DNA of 64,000 nucleotides from Dimorphilus gyrociliatus. Lineage: Eukaryota > Animalia > Annelida. Shown here piece after piece: positions 11,331 through 23,717 of the stretch. Each line of letters starts with the position of its first letter. Position 1 is the stretch's first letter. Both the position numbers and the translations under genes were made by a program. Location of the stretch: assembly GCA_904063045.1 (NCBI GenBank), contig CAJFCJ010000005.1, positions 3,997,689 to 4,061,688 on the forward strand. Reading direction: 5' to 3'. The notes beneath the pieces are model-generated. The model was not told the origin of the DNA. It searched no databases and was given only the letters and a program-made list of their open reading frames with translations.

Positions 11331-12300
11331 TCTCGAATAATCTAAAAATGATGTTTGTATATTAATTTTATGCATTTTTCTATCAACCTTCATTCATGAC
11401 ACAATTTACCGAATTTTCTTTTCTTTTTGTTTCAAAAAGAGATATATAACATAAGATTTATAGAATATGTTCGTATCTAGTATGCCATGTCACTGAATTC
11501 GTTTACTGACGCTGCTAAAAACAAAAAAAATAAGTTCCCTTCTGATTGAATCTGAAAGTAGTAGACCTATGCTGAAGGAAGAATAACTAAAAGGTAAAGT
11601 ACATTAAACATAGAAAAGGCTATCAATATCACCTCTTTCAATTCAAAGATGAAAACAATACATAGACATTCTATAGATAGATGATTAGGACTTTTACTAA
11701 CACGTCCAACCAGGAAAAAGAAGATTCTTTCAAGAAAACATTCCAGAGTCGAAAGTGGCTTGCTACGGGTAAATATACATTTATGAGAAAGGGTACGCAA
11801 AAAACTTTTGAAGCCAAGAAAAAGGGCTCATAAAGGTGCTACAGGATTCGTTTATTCCTTTAGCTCATTTTAGTAGAAAGAGGGCTTTTATTTGCTAAGG
11901 GTGATGCTTCATATCATAGATAAGTTATCCATGTTAGGTTTTTACCAGAGAGAGAGAGAGAGAATAACGATGTTGTAAGAAAATCAGAAATATTTAATCC
12001 TTAGTACACTATGGATAAACTATAGCACATAAATTTATATTTATATATATTTTTATAATATTTTATCAAGTTATTTACAATTTTCCAACGGTTATCTATA
12101 GCTTTTTAAGCATTATATGTATATAAATTTTAATCCAAATACCATACACTGCTTATATTGTATTATATTGTATTCTATATGCATTCTAAATAGATATTGA
12201 TTCAAAATCTTAATGTGTTGGCAACCCCAAAGATCGATACTGTGCTGAATAACTCCCAATGACTATCTGCGTAGACACTTATTAATATATCTCCAGTGTT

Positions 12301-14547
12301 ATGGGCTCTGGTACGAGTCGAAATATGAGCGTTAAAACAGTATTAAACGCTGCAAAACAGATACAGAAACTGGAAAGTAGCATACAACAAGATAGCTCAT
12401 TTTATGTGGAACAACTATCGGAGAAAACGAAACCTCTTTATGAGAGTTCAAAAAATAATATGGATGAAACTTTAATTATGCTAGAAGGATCTATAGCAGA
12501 TGAGAGCTTCCACGACATGGAAGAAGCTATAAATTCTTTAACTGCGCTTACATTTACTCGAATAGCGCCAAAAGAGAAAAAAAAACTAGTTAAAGCGTTA
12601 GCAATTGATTTAGTAAACGCAAAGATTTTGGCAACTATTTTTAAGTTATACAAGACGTATTACAAAGATAAGCCAAGTTTGGCTTCTTCTATAGAATCTT
12701 TATTAATTGAATGGGCAGACGGATCGATGGAATTCTCATACGCCTTCTGCAGGGTGGATGGAGCTATTAAATTTTTTGTTGAATGTGCTGATGTATCACC
12801 TCAGGAGATATTGGTTAGTTAAATATAGTAATAGTGATATTAATCTTTTATTTTATAATCTTTCCAATAGTCGAATAGTAATCAGATGGAACAGATTTTA
12901 ACAGTATTGTATAACTGTGCTCGATTTACTGAATGTAAAATGCTTTTAAAATGCCATAATAGTGTGGATATTTTATTCAAATATACAAAGATAAAAAATT
13001 CAGATTTGAAACTACTAGCAGTATTATTTCTGGCTAATATTGTTGATGAAAATCAATCAGAACTATTTCAACAAGAGACATCTGGCATAAAATATCTAAT
13101 AATTACTTTTATTCAAACAATAAAGAGCAAATCCAAAAGATTTGGTGGCTGGTCTGCTGAGGAGCTTGCGCAAGGTTTGTTTATATATTTTATTCTATTT
13201 TCTTTTAAAATATATCTACTATACTATGTAGACTGTTGGTTTCGTTTATTGCTTTATGTACAATAATTTTTTCCCTTTTAAACAATCATTTAGGTATATC
13301 AAAACTCGCAATAAATGATAAGAATAAAAAGTTATTGGTTGAGAATGGAACACTACCTCCTCTCTATAAATTAATTGATATTGGCGATGATGATGAAATA
13401 AACGTCAGCTGTCAGGCGATTTGGAATTTAGCTTTTGAAGCTGAAAATAAAGAGATAATTTTCAAGAATAAATCTTTAATGGATACTATTAGAAAACTTT
13501 CACAATCGAACAAAGCATATCAAAAAGCTGCTCAGGGAATCATTTTTCTCTATGAAGAATATGAGGATAGTAAAAAGTCAAAAGACCAACGGAAATCATC
13601 TATTGTTAATTCGGACACGGGACATATAATGATCAGTTATCAATGGGGTAATCAAAATGTTTTAAAACAACTTAGCGGCTTCCTTAAGAAACATGATTAT
13701 AAAATATGGATGGATATAGAGAATATGGGTGGTTCTACTCTTCAAGCCATGGCAGAGGCCGTTGAACAATCATCCATTATTCTTCTATGTATTTCGGAAA
13801 AGTATAAAGAGAGTCCTAATTGTCGTATGGGTAAGTTTTCAGTATAACTGTAACTGTTCAATTTATGAAAATGTTAATAATGAAACTTCAGAGGCCGAAT
13901 ACGCATTGAGAAGAAACAAAAGATTCATTCCACTCCTAATGGAAAGAGGCTATCAACCAGACGGATGGCTTGGTATTATGGTTGGAACTCGGCTCTATTA
14001 TGACTTTTCGGGAAAGTATGCTTTTGATGAAAAAGCAACAGAATTAGTAAGAGAATTAGGAAATGAAGGAAAGGCTTCCACAGTAAGATAATAAGTAAAA
14101 ATCAAATGCTAAATATCTTTAATTATAAAAAATTTCTTTAAAGAAAAATTCAAATCACATTATGAAGCAAATTAATTCTTCCTCAACAACGGCAGCTCCA
14201 CCGTATATTAGTAATGCTCCTGTTGTAAGAGCAAATCAAATGCCATCTTTAAAAAGCTGGAATAAACAAGATTTAGAAAACTGGATTAATTCCAATAACC
14301 TGCAAAAATTGTTCGTATAAAATAATTTCATGTTCATTCATTGAAATTCAAATTTCGAATTTATGTTAAATGTTTGATTCTTTCCAGTTTCACTTCGGCA
14401 ACGATGTCAGTTGAAAAGCTAATTTTTCTTCAATCGTTAAAGAGGGAAGCACCTGAATTCTTTTATAAAACCGTGAAGGATGAATATAAAATGAAAGGAA
14501 TTGATGACATTATGCTATTCTCAGATAGCTTTAAGAAATTACCTTGA
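12301..14547 (+). CDS. ARM-repeat / TIR (TIR_2-type) / C-terminal SAM-like protein with an N-myristoylation motif, 6 exons (12301-12813, 12871-13174, 13294-13830, 13892-14082, 14144-14310, 14388-14547)
   Basis: MGSGTS start; helical ARM-like segments (LAINDKNKKLLVENGTLPPL, QAIWNLAF); TIR HIMISYQW...WMDIENM...AVEQS...ISEKYKESPNCRMEAEYA...FIPLLME...WLG; SAM-like LKSWNKQDLENWINSNNL. All five junctions are phase-consistent. Confidence 0.88.
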
Positions 14548-14663
14548 AACTCCACTTGCATTTTGCCTACACTTGTTATTGTTATATTATTAATATATAG
14601 TAACTAATACTCTTTTCAATAAACATCTAAGATCGTCTTGAAGTTTTGTAGTAAAATTTTTTG

Positions 14664-15312
14664 TCAATAGGAATTGGTTATGGTTTTTGATGAAGTAAAG
14701 CATAAGTGAAAGAAACCAAATGGTTTGGACTTATTACCTGAAATTTGACCAGTTGATCCTTGCGTAGAGGCAGCTGTACTGGATTGAATAGTTGATCCTT
14801 GCGTCGAGGTATCTGTATCGGATTGAATAGTTGATCCTTGTGTCGAGGTATCTGTATTGGATTGAATAGTTGATCCTTGCGTCGAGGTATCTGTATCGGA
14901 TTGAATAGTTGATTCTTGCGCTGAGGTATCTGTACTGGATTGAACATTTAATCCTTGCGTCGAGGTATCTGTACTGAATTGAATAGTTGATTCTTGCGTA
15001 GTGGCCACCGTACTAGATTGAACAGTTGATGTTGTGAATAAAATTGATGAATCGCCAGGATGTGTTGGTGGTGTATGTGGTGAATTCCCATGATGTATTG
15101 GTGGCGTATGTGGTGAATCGCCAGAGTGTCCTGGTCCAGCAGGTGTTTGGAATCCAGTAACAATTATAAAACTAATTTGATGGGCTGTTGATATGAGACG
15201 AATATACAGTATACATATTGAAAAATTTTAAGAAAACTTAAATAAAAAACTTGCATAAAATTAAATATAGCAGCATTGTTGAGTATAAAGCATAACAGCT
15301 AGTTTTTGCCAT
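14664..15312 (-). CDS. Probable secreted low-complexity protein: His/Pro repeats followed by Ser/Thr/Asp-rich mucin-like 13-aa repeats
   Basis: An open frame over about 14664-15225 lacks its own ATG. A hydrophobic exon MAKTSCYALYSTMLLYLILC (15312-15251) can splice in phase to give ...LCNFIIVTGFQTPAGPG. The first exon is uncertain because the donor is weak. Confidence 0.55.
14751..15029 (-). repeat. Coding tandem repeat, 39-bp unit, about 7 copies (consensus STIQSxTDTSTQG)
   Basis: gttgatccttgcgtcgaggtatctgtatcggattgaata recurs with a 39-nt period on the plus strand. Confidence 0.95.
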
Positions 15313-16706
15313 ATTATCACCAAAGCATAAGCACAAACTGAGTAGAACTTTCTTCCAGCGTACAGTTAAACTCTAAGTAGAGGATTAATGTTTGATTACT
15401 GTTTACTTGGCCATTAAGACTGTATAATATTTGTCAAACCTTCATTTTATATAAGGCGATTGTTTAGTTCTTTTAGTTTATTGTAACAAGCTTCTAAAGG
15501 CAATTTCATAACAATAATGGCAACTTTTATCTAAAATCAGTTTATAGTTACTAATAGATCTATTGTAATAATATAATTGCGGTGTTTTAGTGTCTTTATC
15601 GAACACTGACACACAGAACTAATTTTGCTAAGAAGTGTTCCTATTATTACTTTAACAAAACTATTTTGTTATTTTCGTTCATTTTCAAAATTTCCATTGT
15701 TTTTTGTTACTAGGTTAGAAAATCAATAATAAACTGGCTTCTCTACATGAAAACAGTATTCAATATTACAAAATTATTGGACTAGTACATAGAATAGAGG
15801 GGAAAAATAAACATGGTTTAATGACAAATTGATACGGAGAGACTATTTATAAATGTTTGTTACTTTAAAAATAGTGATGGATATACATTAATTTTATAAT
15901 GAAGATAAATAAATCTTATATAAAATTCATCAAAAAATATATAAGAAAGGAAAATAAACACAGGAAGGCCAAAAATAGAATTGAATGAAAATTCTTTTAT
16001 GTATACCTTCCTTTTAGAATAAATACTAATAGAAATGTTATTTAGTGATCAAGATTTTTATATCGATTGATTTATTGATTAGATATTTAACATATAATAA
16101 ATAAAATACTACTGAACAAGGGGAAAAGTAAAATTTTTGGACTAATCAGGATAAAAGAATTGAATAAATTTCACTAATTAAATTAGAAATCTGTGACCAT
16201 CTCTTTAAATTTCCTTTATATTCTAATTTTTAACAAAAACTATTCCATTCCATTGAAACGCCGTCTTCATTGTTCATAATTAAGTAATTCTTTATGATAT
16301 CCAATGGTATTTTCTATTTGAATTAGTTGAAAAGATTTGTTAAAGGATTATTTATCCAACATATTCATATTCAGTTATTTCAAAAAGCTTCATTCGGAAA
16401 CAATGAAACTTCAGTAATCAGTGTAAAAGTTTTTCTATTCGAACAGATCTCCAGCACAGATTATAACCTTTTCTATTAGAAAATTTATGTTCATGCTGAA
16501 TTTTGTTGTGGAAGTATTGAAGTATTAATTTAATAAAGAAAATTTGTTTAAAAAGTAGGTCAACTAAGCATTTTGTACAATTTGTAAGAGACCAATGAAA
16601 TGTACAGTGTATATGATAGGGCTAATGTAAATTTTTCATATATATACATTTATATACAATTTATATATATATATATATAAATATGTATATCTGATTGTAT
16701 AGATAT

Positions 16707-17056
16707 CTAATAATTACGAGTACCGTCATCTGGACAAGATCCTAAATTGCAAGGTACTACTAAAATAGCCAATCCCGCACAGCCTGCATCCTGGTCTCCT
16801 GAGGGACAGGTACGCTGTTGAGCCTTTTCACCAAGACCGCAAGATGTCGAACACTGTGAGACAATCTGCCATTCACTCCATTGAGCTATTACCGGAAATG
16901 AAACATTTAAGTTAAGAAGAAAAAGTTTTTCAACTTTATTCTCTTTCTATAATAAAAAAAAGTGAAAGAGCGAAAACTTGATGATTGTTTACCTGCTAAA
17001 CTTTCATAAAAAAGAATATTAAAGATGGTTAACCGTAGTAGAATCCTTTTATACAT
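16707..17056 (-). CDS. Small secreted protein with a single thrombospondin type-1 (TSP1) domain, about 80 aa (exons 17056-16993, 16885-16707); absent from the ORF track
   Basis: Signal exon MYKRILLRLTIFNILFYESLA with a phase-1 donor (G|gtaaac) matches a phase-1 acceptor giving AQWSEWQIVSQCSTSCGLGEKAQQRTCPSGDQDAGCAGLAILVVPCNLGSCP, with six Cys and WxxW. Confidence 0.8.
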
Positions 17057-17629
17057 CTTACAAAAAAGTGAGGTGATGGGAGGAAGTATGTTCCTATATG
17101 AAAATAATTAGAAGGGGCGAGATTATTTATTTGTAAAGTAATTGATATTTTTATTGAAATGTACATAAAAGACAATTAATAACTTCAAAGTAACTAAAGT
17201 AAAAAGGGTTATGTATTACTTCATAATTAATACCATTACGCATTTATAATATAGACAGTGTACACATATGTATATATATGTATACTAATATATTTATTTA
17301 TATATATATTTAGCATACAGAGGAGTCAAGTTTTTCTTCATAAAGTATGAAGATATAAAGAAATAACGTTATGGCTTTTGGATAAATGTCATTATATTCC
17401 ATAAGTTAACATATCTTGTGAAAAATGACAAGTAAACAATTTAGACATATCTGTTCCTTTGCTTAGATTGGTTGATTAGTATAATAAAATTTCATTTATT
17501 GCTTGTTTAAATAAAATAAGTCAAATATTAGCGTTTTTCTAATTAAAATTAATCAATTTCGTATAATCGAATAATTCTTATATGATATTTAAACAGAACG
17601 TTACATGTTAACGTTCTGTTCAAATCACA

Positions 17630-18176
17630 TGTTATGAATGAATGTGAGTCAGTATGTGAGCGTCACTTAAGAAGGGAGTTTGACTTAGCCCAAAGCCGAT
17701 ACAGTCTAGGTTGACGTTATGTCACCAGGTAAGTAACGACATGGCATGAACGTGGCAACACAGATGAGCACAGTCAAACACCCAGTTAAGTGACGCTAGC
17801 AAGGTATAAAAGGGAGTGAATGTAATAGAACGGTGTGAGAGACCAAGAGTACATCAAATACAATTTATACGAAATTCTTCGCAATTTCGTACTATAAGCG
17901 AAAAATAAAATCTTATAAAATATTAATTGGTCAATTACTATAATATACTGTCATAGGAGTCTCTTTTCTATATTTACAATTTGAAAATATTCTATTGGCG
18001 ATAATGAATTGAAATCTTTGATTTATTAACATGTAATAAATATATCTAATATCACTGATAGGAATTACAGTCTTAACGAATGCTCTATATTTTACCTCTA
18101 CTTTATAGATTATATATAGTTTATTCTTTGCTTAAAGATTAATGTTGAAAGGAAAGTCAAAAATGTTTTTATAACA
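17630..18176 (+). mobile_element. Candidate solo LTR or promoter-like GC-elevated island
   Basis: TGTTAT...ATAACA termini; flanks TCACA and ACACA (4 of 5 match); TATAAAAG at 17805; AATAAA at 17904; no coding remnant attached. Confidence 0.3.
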
Positions 18177-19686
18177 ACACACGTCAAAAACAATAAGAAC
18201 AATTTAAATAGAAATAGTGACCTTTATTGATCATGTGACTTTGAGAGATGATAAGTAAAAATATCAAGAAAACAGACATCTGTAGTGGTATTATCTTTAC
18301 GAATTACATTTTAGAGGTTTACGTGTAAAAGAAATAACCATTTGACAAATGAAAGACCGTCTTGAAAAGTCTGTTCTTATCATTTAAAAGAAAAGATATC
18401 AATCCAGCAGGAAAAGATTTATTAACTATAACAAAAGACAATCTGTGAATTATTACTTTAAATCTTATAAAATAATTTATTAAAGCGCCCTCTCTTTCTT
18501 CCAACCTGAATTAGTAATCCATGATATGAAAAGAGAATCTTTCCTATTCAAATAATAGTTAGAGGAAAAAGAATAAACAGTTATGGTGTTTAATAAATCT
18601 ATAATCCATTAAACAATTAATGATAAAGTAAAGATGGAATATCCTGTAGTGAAGATCCATTCATAAACACCTTAAAGATAATCAACTGCTAATATGGTTT
18701 ATAGTTTAAAGGGAAAGGAAATAAAAATGTCCATATAAAGTAATTTACATCTTTCATTGAGATTTTCATATATTTTTATTAATTTAATGAAATATGGCTC
18801 CTTTATCTAGAATATCAAAACAGATCATAATTGTGATTCGAGCACTGAATTTTATAAATTGAAATTTCAATGGTTGAGTAGTCTATTAATGAAATTTTTT
18901 CCTTTCTTCCCCTTCTTCCTCTTCGTCTTCTGTTAATTTGCAATATCATTTTATCTATTTCTTTCATTTTAAATGAAAGAAAAAATTTAATTAACACTGA
19001 AAATAATGATAAGATTAGAAGAGTAGAAGACGTCTTTGATATTTTCAATGTGATAGATAATATATATTAACAGTAAGCTCATCCATTGTTCAATGAGCAA
19101 ATCAGTAATACCTTTGCAATTGCACACATATATGAATAGTACAAATATGTGTTTATATAGGACATTTAACAATTGCAAATGACCTTATTATTTATCGTAT
19201 CACCTCAATAACATTCCATTCAGTATCAATTGCATAGAGATTTTCTTTCCTCTGCTCTTCAAATACACTTTCCAGGAAATCGAATAGTTGCAAAACATTT
19301 ACATGAATATTCAGAAATCAATGAATTATTATTCATGATATTATCATTCGACACAAACCAATCGAATATTTAAATGACAAAGCCTTTGTCATATATTCAT
19401 TATTAATCTGTAACTACAAACCATGAAAATATTTAATCAATCAATTCCTCAAAAAATGTAATAGTTCCACTTTATTTTTATTTAAGTTTTTCAAAGTGCT
19501 TTCTTTTTGTAGATTATTCATATAGCTAATATAAAAATATTGAGCCTACAATTAGTACAAGAACATGCTGTTTAATAATTTAAAGATGTCTTTGTTTGAT
19601 ATGTGTTGATTGAATTTAATGTTTAATTTTATGAAAGAATGGTTTTATGCTTAAATGAATTAAGAAATTTATAATATATACATTAC

Positions 19687-20645
19687 CTGGACATTTTTGA
19701 GTGTTACATTCTTGTTGTGACTGAATATCACCAGTGCACTCTGCACCTCCATGAGCTGGTGTAGGATTATTACATGTTCTTGTCCGATTTTGAATTCCAC
19801 CCTTACAGCTTTTTGAACAGGCACCCCAGCTTCCCCATACTGACCAACCACCGTTCACTATTTGAAAAGTCTCCCTTTTTAAATTCTTATCAGAAAGTCG
19901 AAATAAAATTTTTACTAACCTGGGCACGAGACTACTGTACAGTCTGTATTTTTTGAAGCAGATCCACTACAACTTGAACCACCATGAGCTGGACTTGGAT
20001 TATTACAGGATCTAGTAGCACTTTTGCTTCCTAGTCCGCATGTTTTACTACAACCACCCCAACTTCCCCAGGCAGACCAGCCTCCATTCACTAACGCAAA
20101 TTATATTTCACTATGTTGAACTTTTCGAATATGTTAACTAACCTGGGCATTGAGTTATTGTACAGCCTGCATCCTTTGAAGAAGATCCACTACAAGTTGA
20201 ACCACCATGAGCTGGACTTGGATTATTACATGATCTAGCAGCAGTTTTGATTCCAGATCCGCATGTTTTACTACAAACACCCCAACTTCCCCAAGAGGAC
20301 CAGGCTCCATTAACTGGACAAGATGGAACGGAACAGCTAGAACTATCAGTACTTCCGGACGAGCACTTTGAACCAAAGCTGAAAGAAAATAGATACTTTA
20401 ACGAAATACAAAAATATTATTAACAACATACCCAAGCCCTGTCTGACAAGATCTATATCTAGTAGAACTTCCACAAGTAGCTGAGCATGAACCCCAACTA
20501 CCCCAATTTCTTGCAACTTGAAAACAATATTGAATGAATATTTTTTATTAAAAAAAAATGAATAATAAATTAACTTACTCAACATGTTTACCGACGAAAT
20601 ATAAGTTATGATTATTAAAAAGAATATTAAAAATGAACGACTCAT
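19687..20645 (-). CDS. Secreted protein with at least 4 TSP1 repeats; 3' end unresolved after the phase-1 donor at 19686
   Basis: Signal peptide [18 protein letters not shown]; repeats [42 protein letters not shown] and [14 protein letters not shown], with RxRxCNNPxPAHGG and phase-1 exon borders. Confidence 0.88.
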
Positions 20646-21075
20646 AGTTTAATAAACAAATTTATTTATAAACGTTGACTACGATGCTATCAGGAAAAGT
20701 AATGTAAAGTTTTTCCGTTTTAATAGAATCGACTCAAGATTTTCTATGAATGTATATGACATCATTATTCGATTGGGATTTGTCGATATTAAACTGTTTC
20801 TCATCTAATAAATTGTTTTTAGTGTATGGTAAAGATTTGTTACTAATCGATGAGAGACAACGGTAAAGGAGACGTATTGATAAAACAATCGAGTAGTTTC
20901 CCTATGTTCATTGTTTATAGATCTAGTACAATCGATAAGTTCTTGAGCAGACTGTTTTGTACTACTTCTGAGCATGAGTGAAAAAGATTCAAGATAATAA
21001 TAAGATAACACTGTATTATAATCATTTAATAAATAAATATATTAAAGTTTGTACTGTTATCATTACTAACTATTG

Positions 21076-23717
21076 TTACTTGTTTTCGCTATTAGCAATT
21101 GATTTTCCTTTAAGCCTCTTTCGTGCTTCGGTAGCATAAGATTTTATAGCCATTAATTTTTGCAATTTCATACTGACTCGACCAACTTCTGTATCTTCAA
21201 ATCTAGCATCTTTAGACGCTGCCGCTATAGTCATTAACTTCTTTTTATGTTCCTTCTGACCTTCGGTTAACTCTCTGAATATTATTAATATCATTATTAT
21301 TATTATCATTAGATAATATAACTTTTTTATATTGATATATGATATTAAATATAATTTCATAGTATATTACTTATAGTCAACTTCACCATCTTCATTTTTG
21401 TCTAAACTTTGCAGTAGTTTGTCAAGAAGATCAGATGATAGAGGAATATTAATATTCTGTTCAATAAGCACTTATAGCAAACAAGACTTAAAAATAAGAC
21501 TACTGATTATAAATATTTATAAATACCAGTAATCCTTCTTTGAATTCTTGCCGAGATAACGTTCCGGAACCATCCTTATCTAACGATGTGAATAAATCTA
21601 CTAATCTTAGATTTTGTAATCTCATACATTCCATAAGAACAGTCATTGGATCATCTCGATTAAATTCATTTTCATTCTCTTTAAAATTACCCTCCCTTTG
21701 CTTAATTATCGGACCATGAATAACAACGAAACGCCGTTTCATCTTTATTGACTCTAACTTTTCAATAAATAGCGGTTCAACCCATAAACCCTAGAATAAG
21801 AAGGAGAAGAAGAGGAAGAATAAAAAGTGGATAGGAGAGCGAATGACAATATTTCCAATAAAATAGATAACAGTACAATGTTAAATTGATTAATTCATGC
21901 ACTAAATGAAAAAGTATCCTTACATCAATGTTCACTTCCTCTAAAGCTATAGATTCAACTTGATCTATTAATTTAATTAAGTGTGTTGCTCCTTCCGAGA
22001 GAAAGACGTTACCTTTAATCTAATAAATTATGAATAGGCCATTAAATTAATAGATCATATAGGAATTTAATAAACTAACTCCTAATTTAAAAAGAGTTTT
22101 ATTCTTCTTTAAACCTTTTAATATATATTGTAAAGATTCAAGATCAATTCTATTATAGCTTATATCTAAATCCTTTAATGTTTTATTAATGCTTAATACT
22201 CTCATTAAAGCTTTACACCCATCTAAATAGAAGCCGTTCCATGAGAGATCAACAGTTTCCAATGAATGATTTTTCTGTAATGCTCTACAAATTGCTTCAG
22301 CTCCTTTTCTTCTAATATGATTCCAACTCAAATTTAAAGTGACTAAGGTATCGTTAAAACCTATTGACAAAGAAAAATTGAATTGCTTAATGAACATGCA
22401 AGTATCCTTCAATGTTTCTCTTATCTTATATTGAATTTTTTATTTAAAAGAACCAAAAAAAAGCAGCTTACTTAGAGCAGGATTAATTATTTCGCAACCT
22501 TTTTCTTTTAGACTATTTTTACTAAGATTCAGATCAGTAATACTTCGATTTTTCTACAGAAAACGAAAGTTAAATTTTCGATTTTTTGCTATGTTCATTT
22601 TAAATTAAATGAATTATAGATGACAGTCTAAATTATATATATTTATATATATAAAGTAGCCTTTTTTCATTTTTACCGCTATCAAATCCGCTAGATGGCG
22701 CGCCTCACCATCAGAAAGTTTTGTATCGGATATATCCAACTTAAGTATCGTTCTATTTTCAATAAACGCTCGGCTAAGGTGACGGTGTCCCTCGTTACCA
22801 ATATTATTTCCAGAAAGATTCTAAATTTAACACAATAATAACAATAATAACAAAGCAATGTATAACGAAAAGGATCCTTACCAAGTGTGTAATAAATACA
22901 TTTTCGACAATCATTTCAGATATATATCGGATGCAGACATCATCAAGAGCATTCGAACCAAAATCAAGTGATTTTACCTTTGTATTATTCTAATATATTT
23001 TTTTAAGTATTAATTGATTAAAAATCAGTCAAAAACATAGAAAACACACCTTACCAATAGAGAAACGCAAAATGCTTTCATTACTGTTGCGTTTGGAAAA
23101 TGATTACGTAAGCAAATGCTTTCGCTATCTAAACCTTTCAGAAATTTTTGACTTGGCTTTATTTTGAATTTTTTACATGCCAAATTATATAATGCTTGAT
23201 CATCTGTCTCTTCTGGTACTGTTGATTTATTATCATCTATATAAAGATGATTATGACAAAGTGTTAGGTGAACTTTTTAGATTTTGTTAGAAAATTAATT
23301 TTTTAAACCTTCTTCTTCCGATTCCTTATCGTAATATAGAATATCCTCACTAGTGGCTGTCACTGGTCTAGAAGATTGTTCTTCAGTTTGTTTTGAAGTA
23401 GGTCTATCCCTTTTTCTTATTCTGTGTATTAACTTTTTAGCTTGTGCTTTCGCCTTGACTACTGCACTTAACGTGACGCTGCTTTCTCTATTAATTTGTA
23501 AAGATTAATCAAGATTATTGTTAGAATAAAATATGACTATAACCTACCTAGGATTATCTCCCAAAGTACAAGTTATTGGTCTAAAAGCAGCCATTCGATA
23601 CATTGCGGCCTTTTGGAGACTTGAATAAGAGCTTGCTGAACGAATAGTTCGTAATTCTCTCCTCTTTCTATCTCTCAGAACGTCAATTTCCTCAATTGCC
23701 TCTTTTTTTAAATTCAT
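21076..23717 (-). CDS. LRRC74-like leucine-rich-repeat protein with a C-terminal EF-hand-like segment (multi-exon)
   Basis: Ribonuclease-inhibitor-type LRRs (LNLSWNHIRRKGAEAIC, VDLSWNGF, LDISYNRI, NLSGNNIGNEG), then DPMTVLMECMRLQNLRLVDLFTSLDKDGSGTLSRQEF. The start at 23717 is tentative. Confidence 0.75.

Noticed and set aside
11640-11880. Basic peptide fragment (RPTRKKKILSRK...RKKLLKPRKRAHK) as a transposase DNA-binding region
   Set aside because: Only compositional resemblance; no catalytic motifs or terminal repeats.
12301-14547. Naming the gene SARM1
   Set aside because: The domain order is ARM-TIR-SAM rather than ARM-SAM-SAM-TIR, and the TIR motifs differ; orthology is not supportable by eye.
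14751-15029. 39-bp repeat array as a CRISPR
   Set aside because: The units are contiguous with no unique spacers, the length is a multiple of three in an open frame, and the context is eukaryotic with no cas genes.
17592-17620. Hairpin as a Helitron 3' end
   Set aside because: No CTRR terminus at the expected distance on either strand.
18250-18710. Possible decayed LRR-like coding sequence (FRGLRVKEITI, NTLKIINC)
   Set aside because: The fragments are short, interrupted by many stops, and not distinguishable from chance without a profile search.
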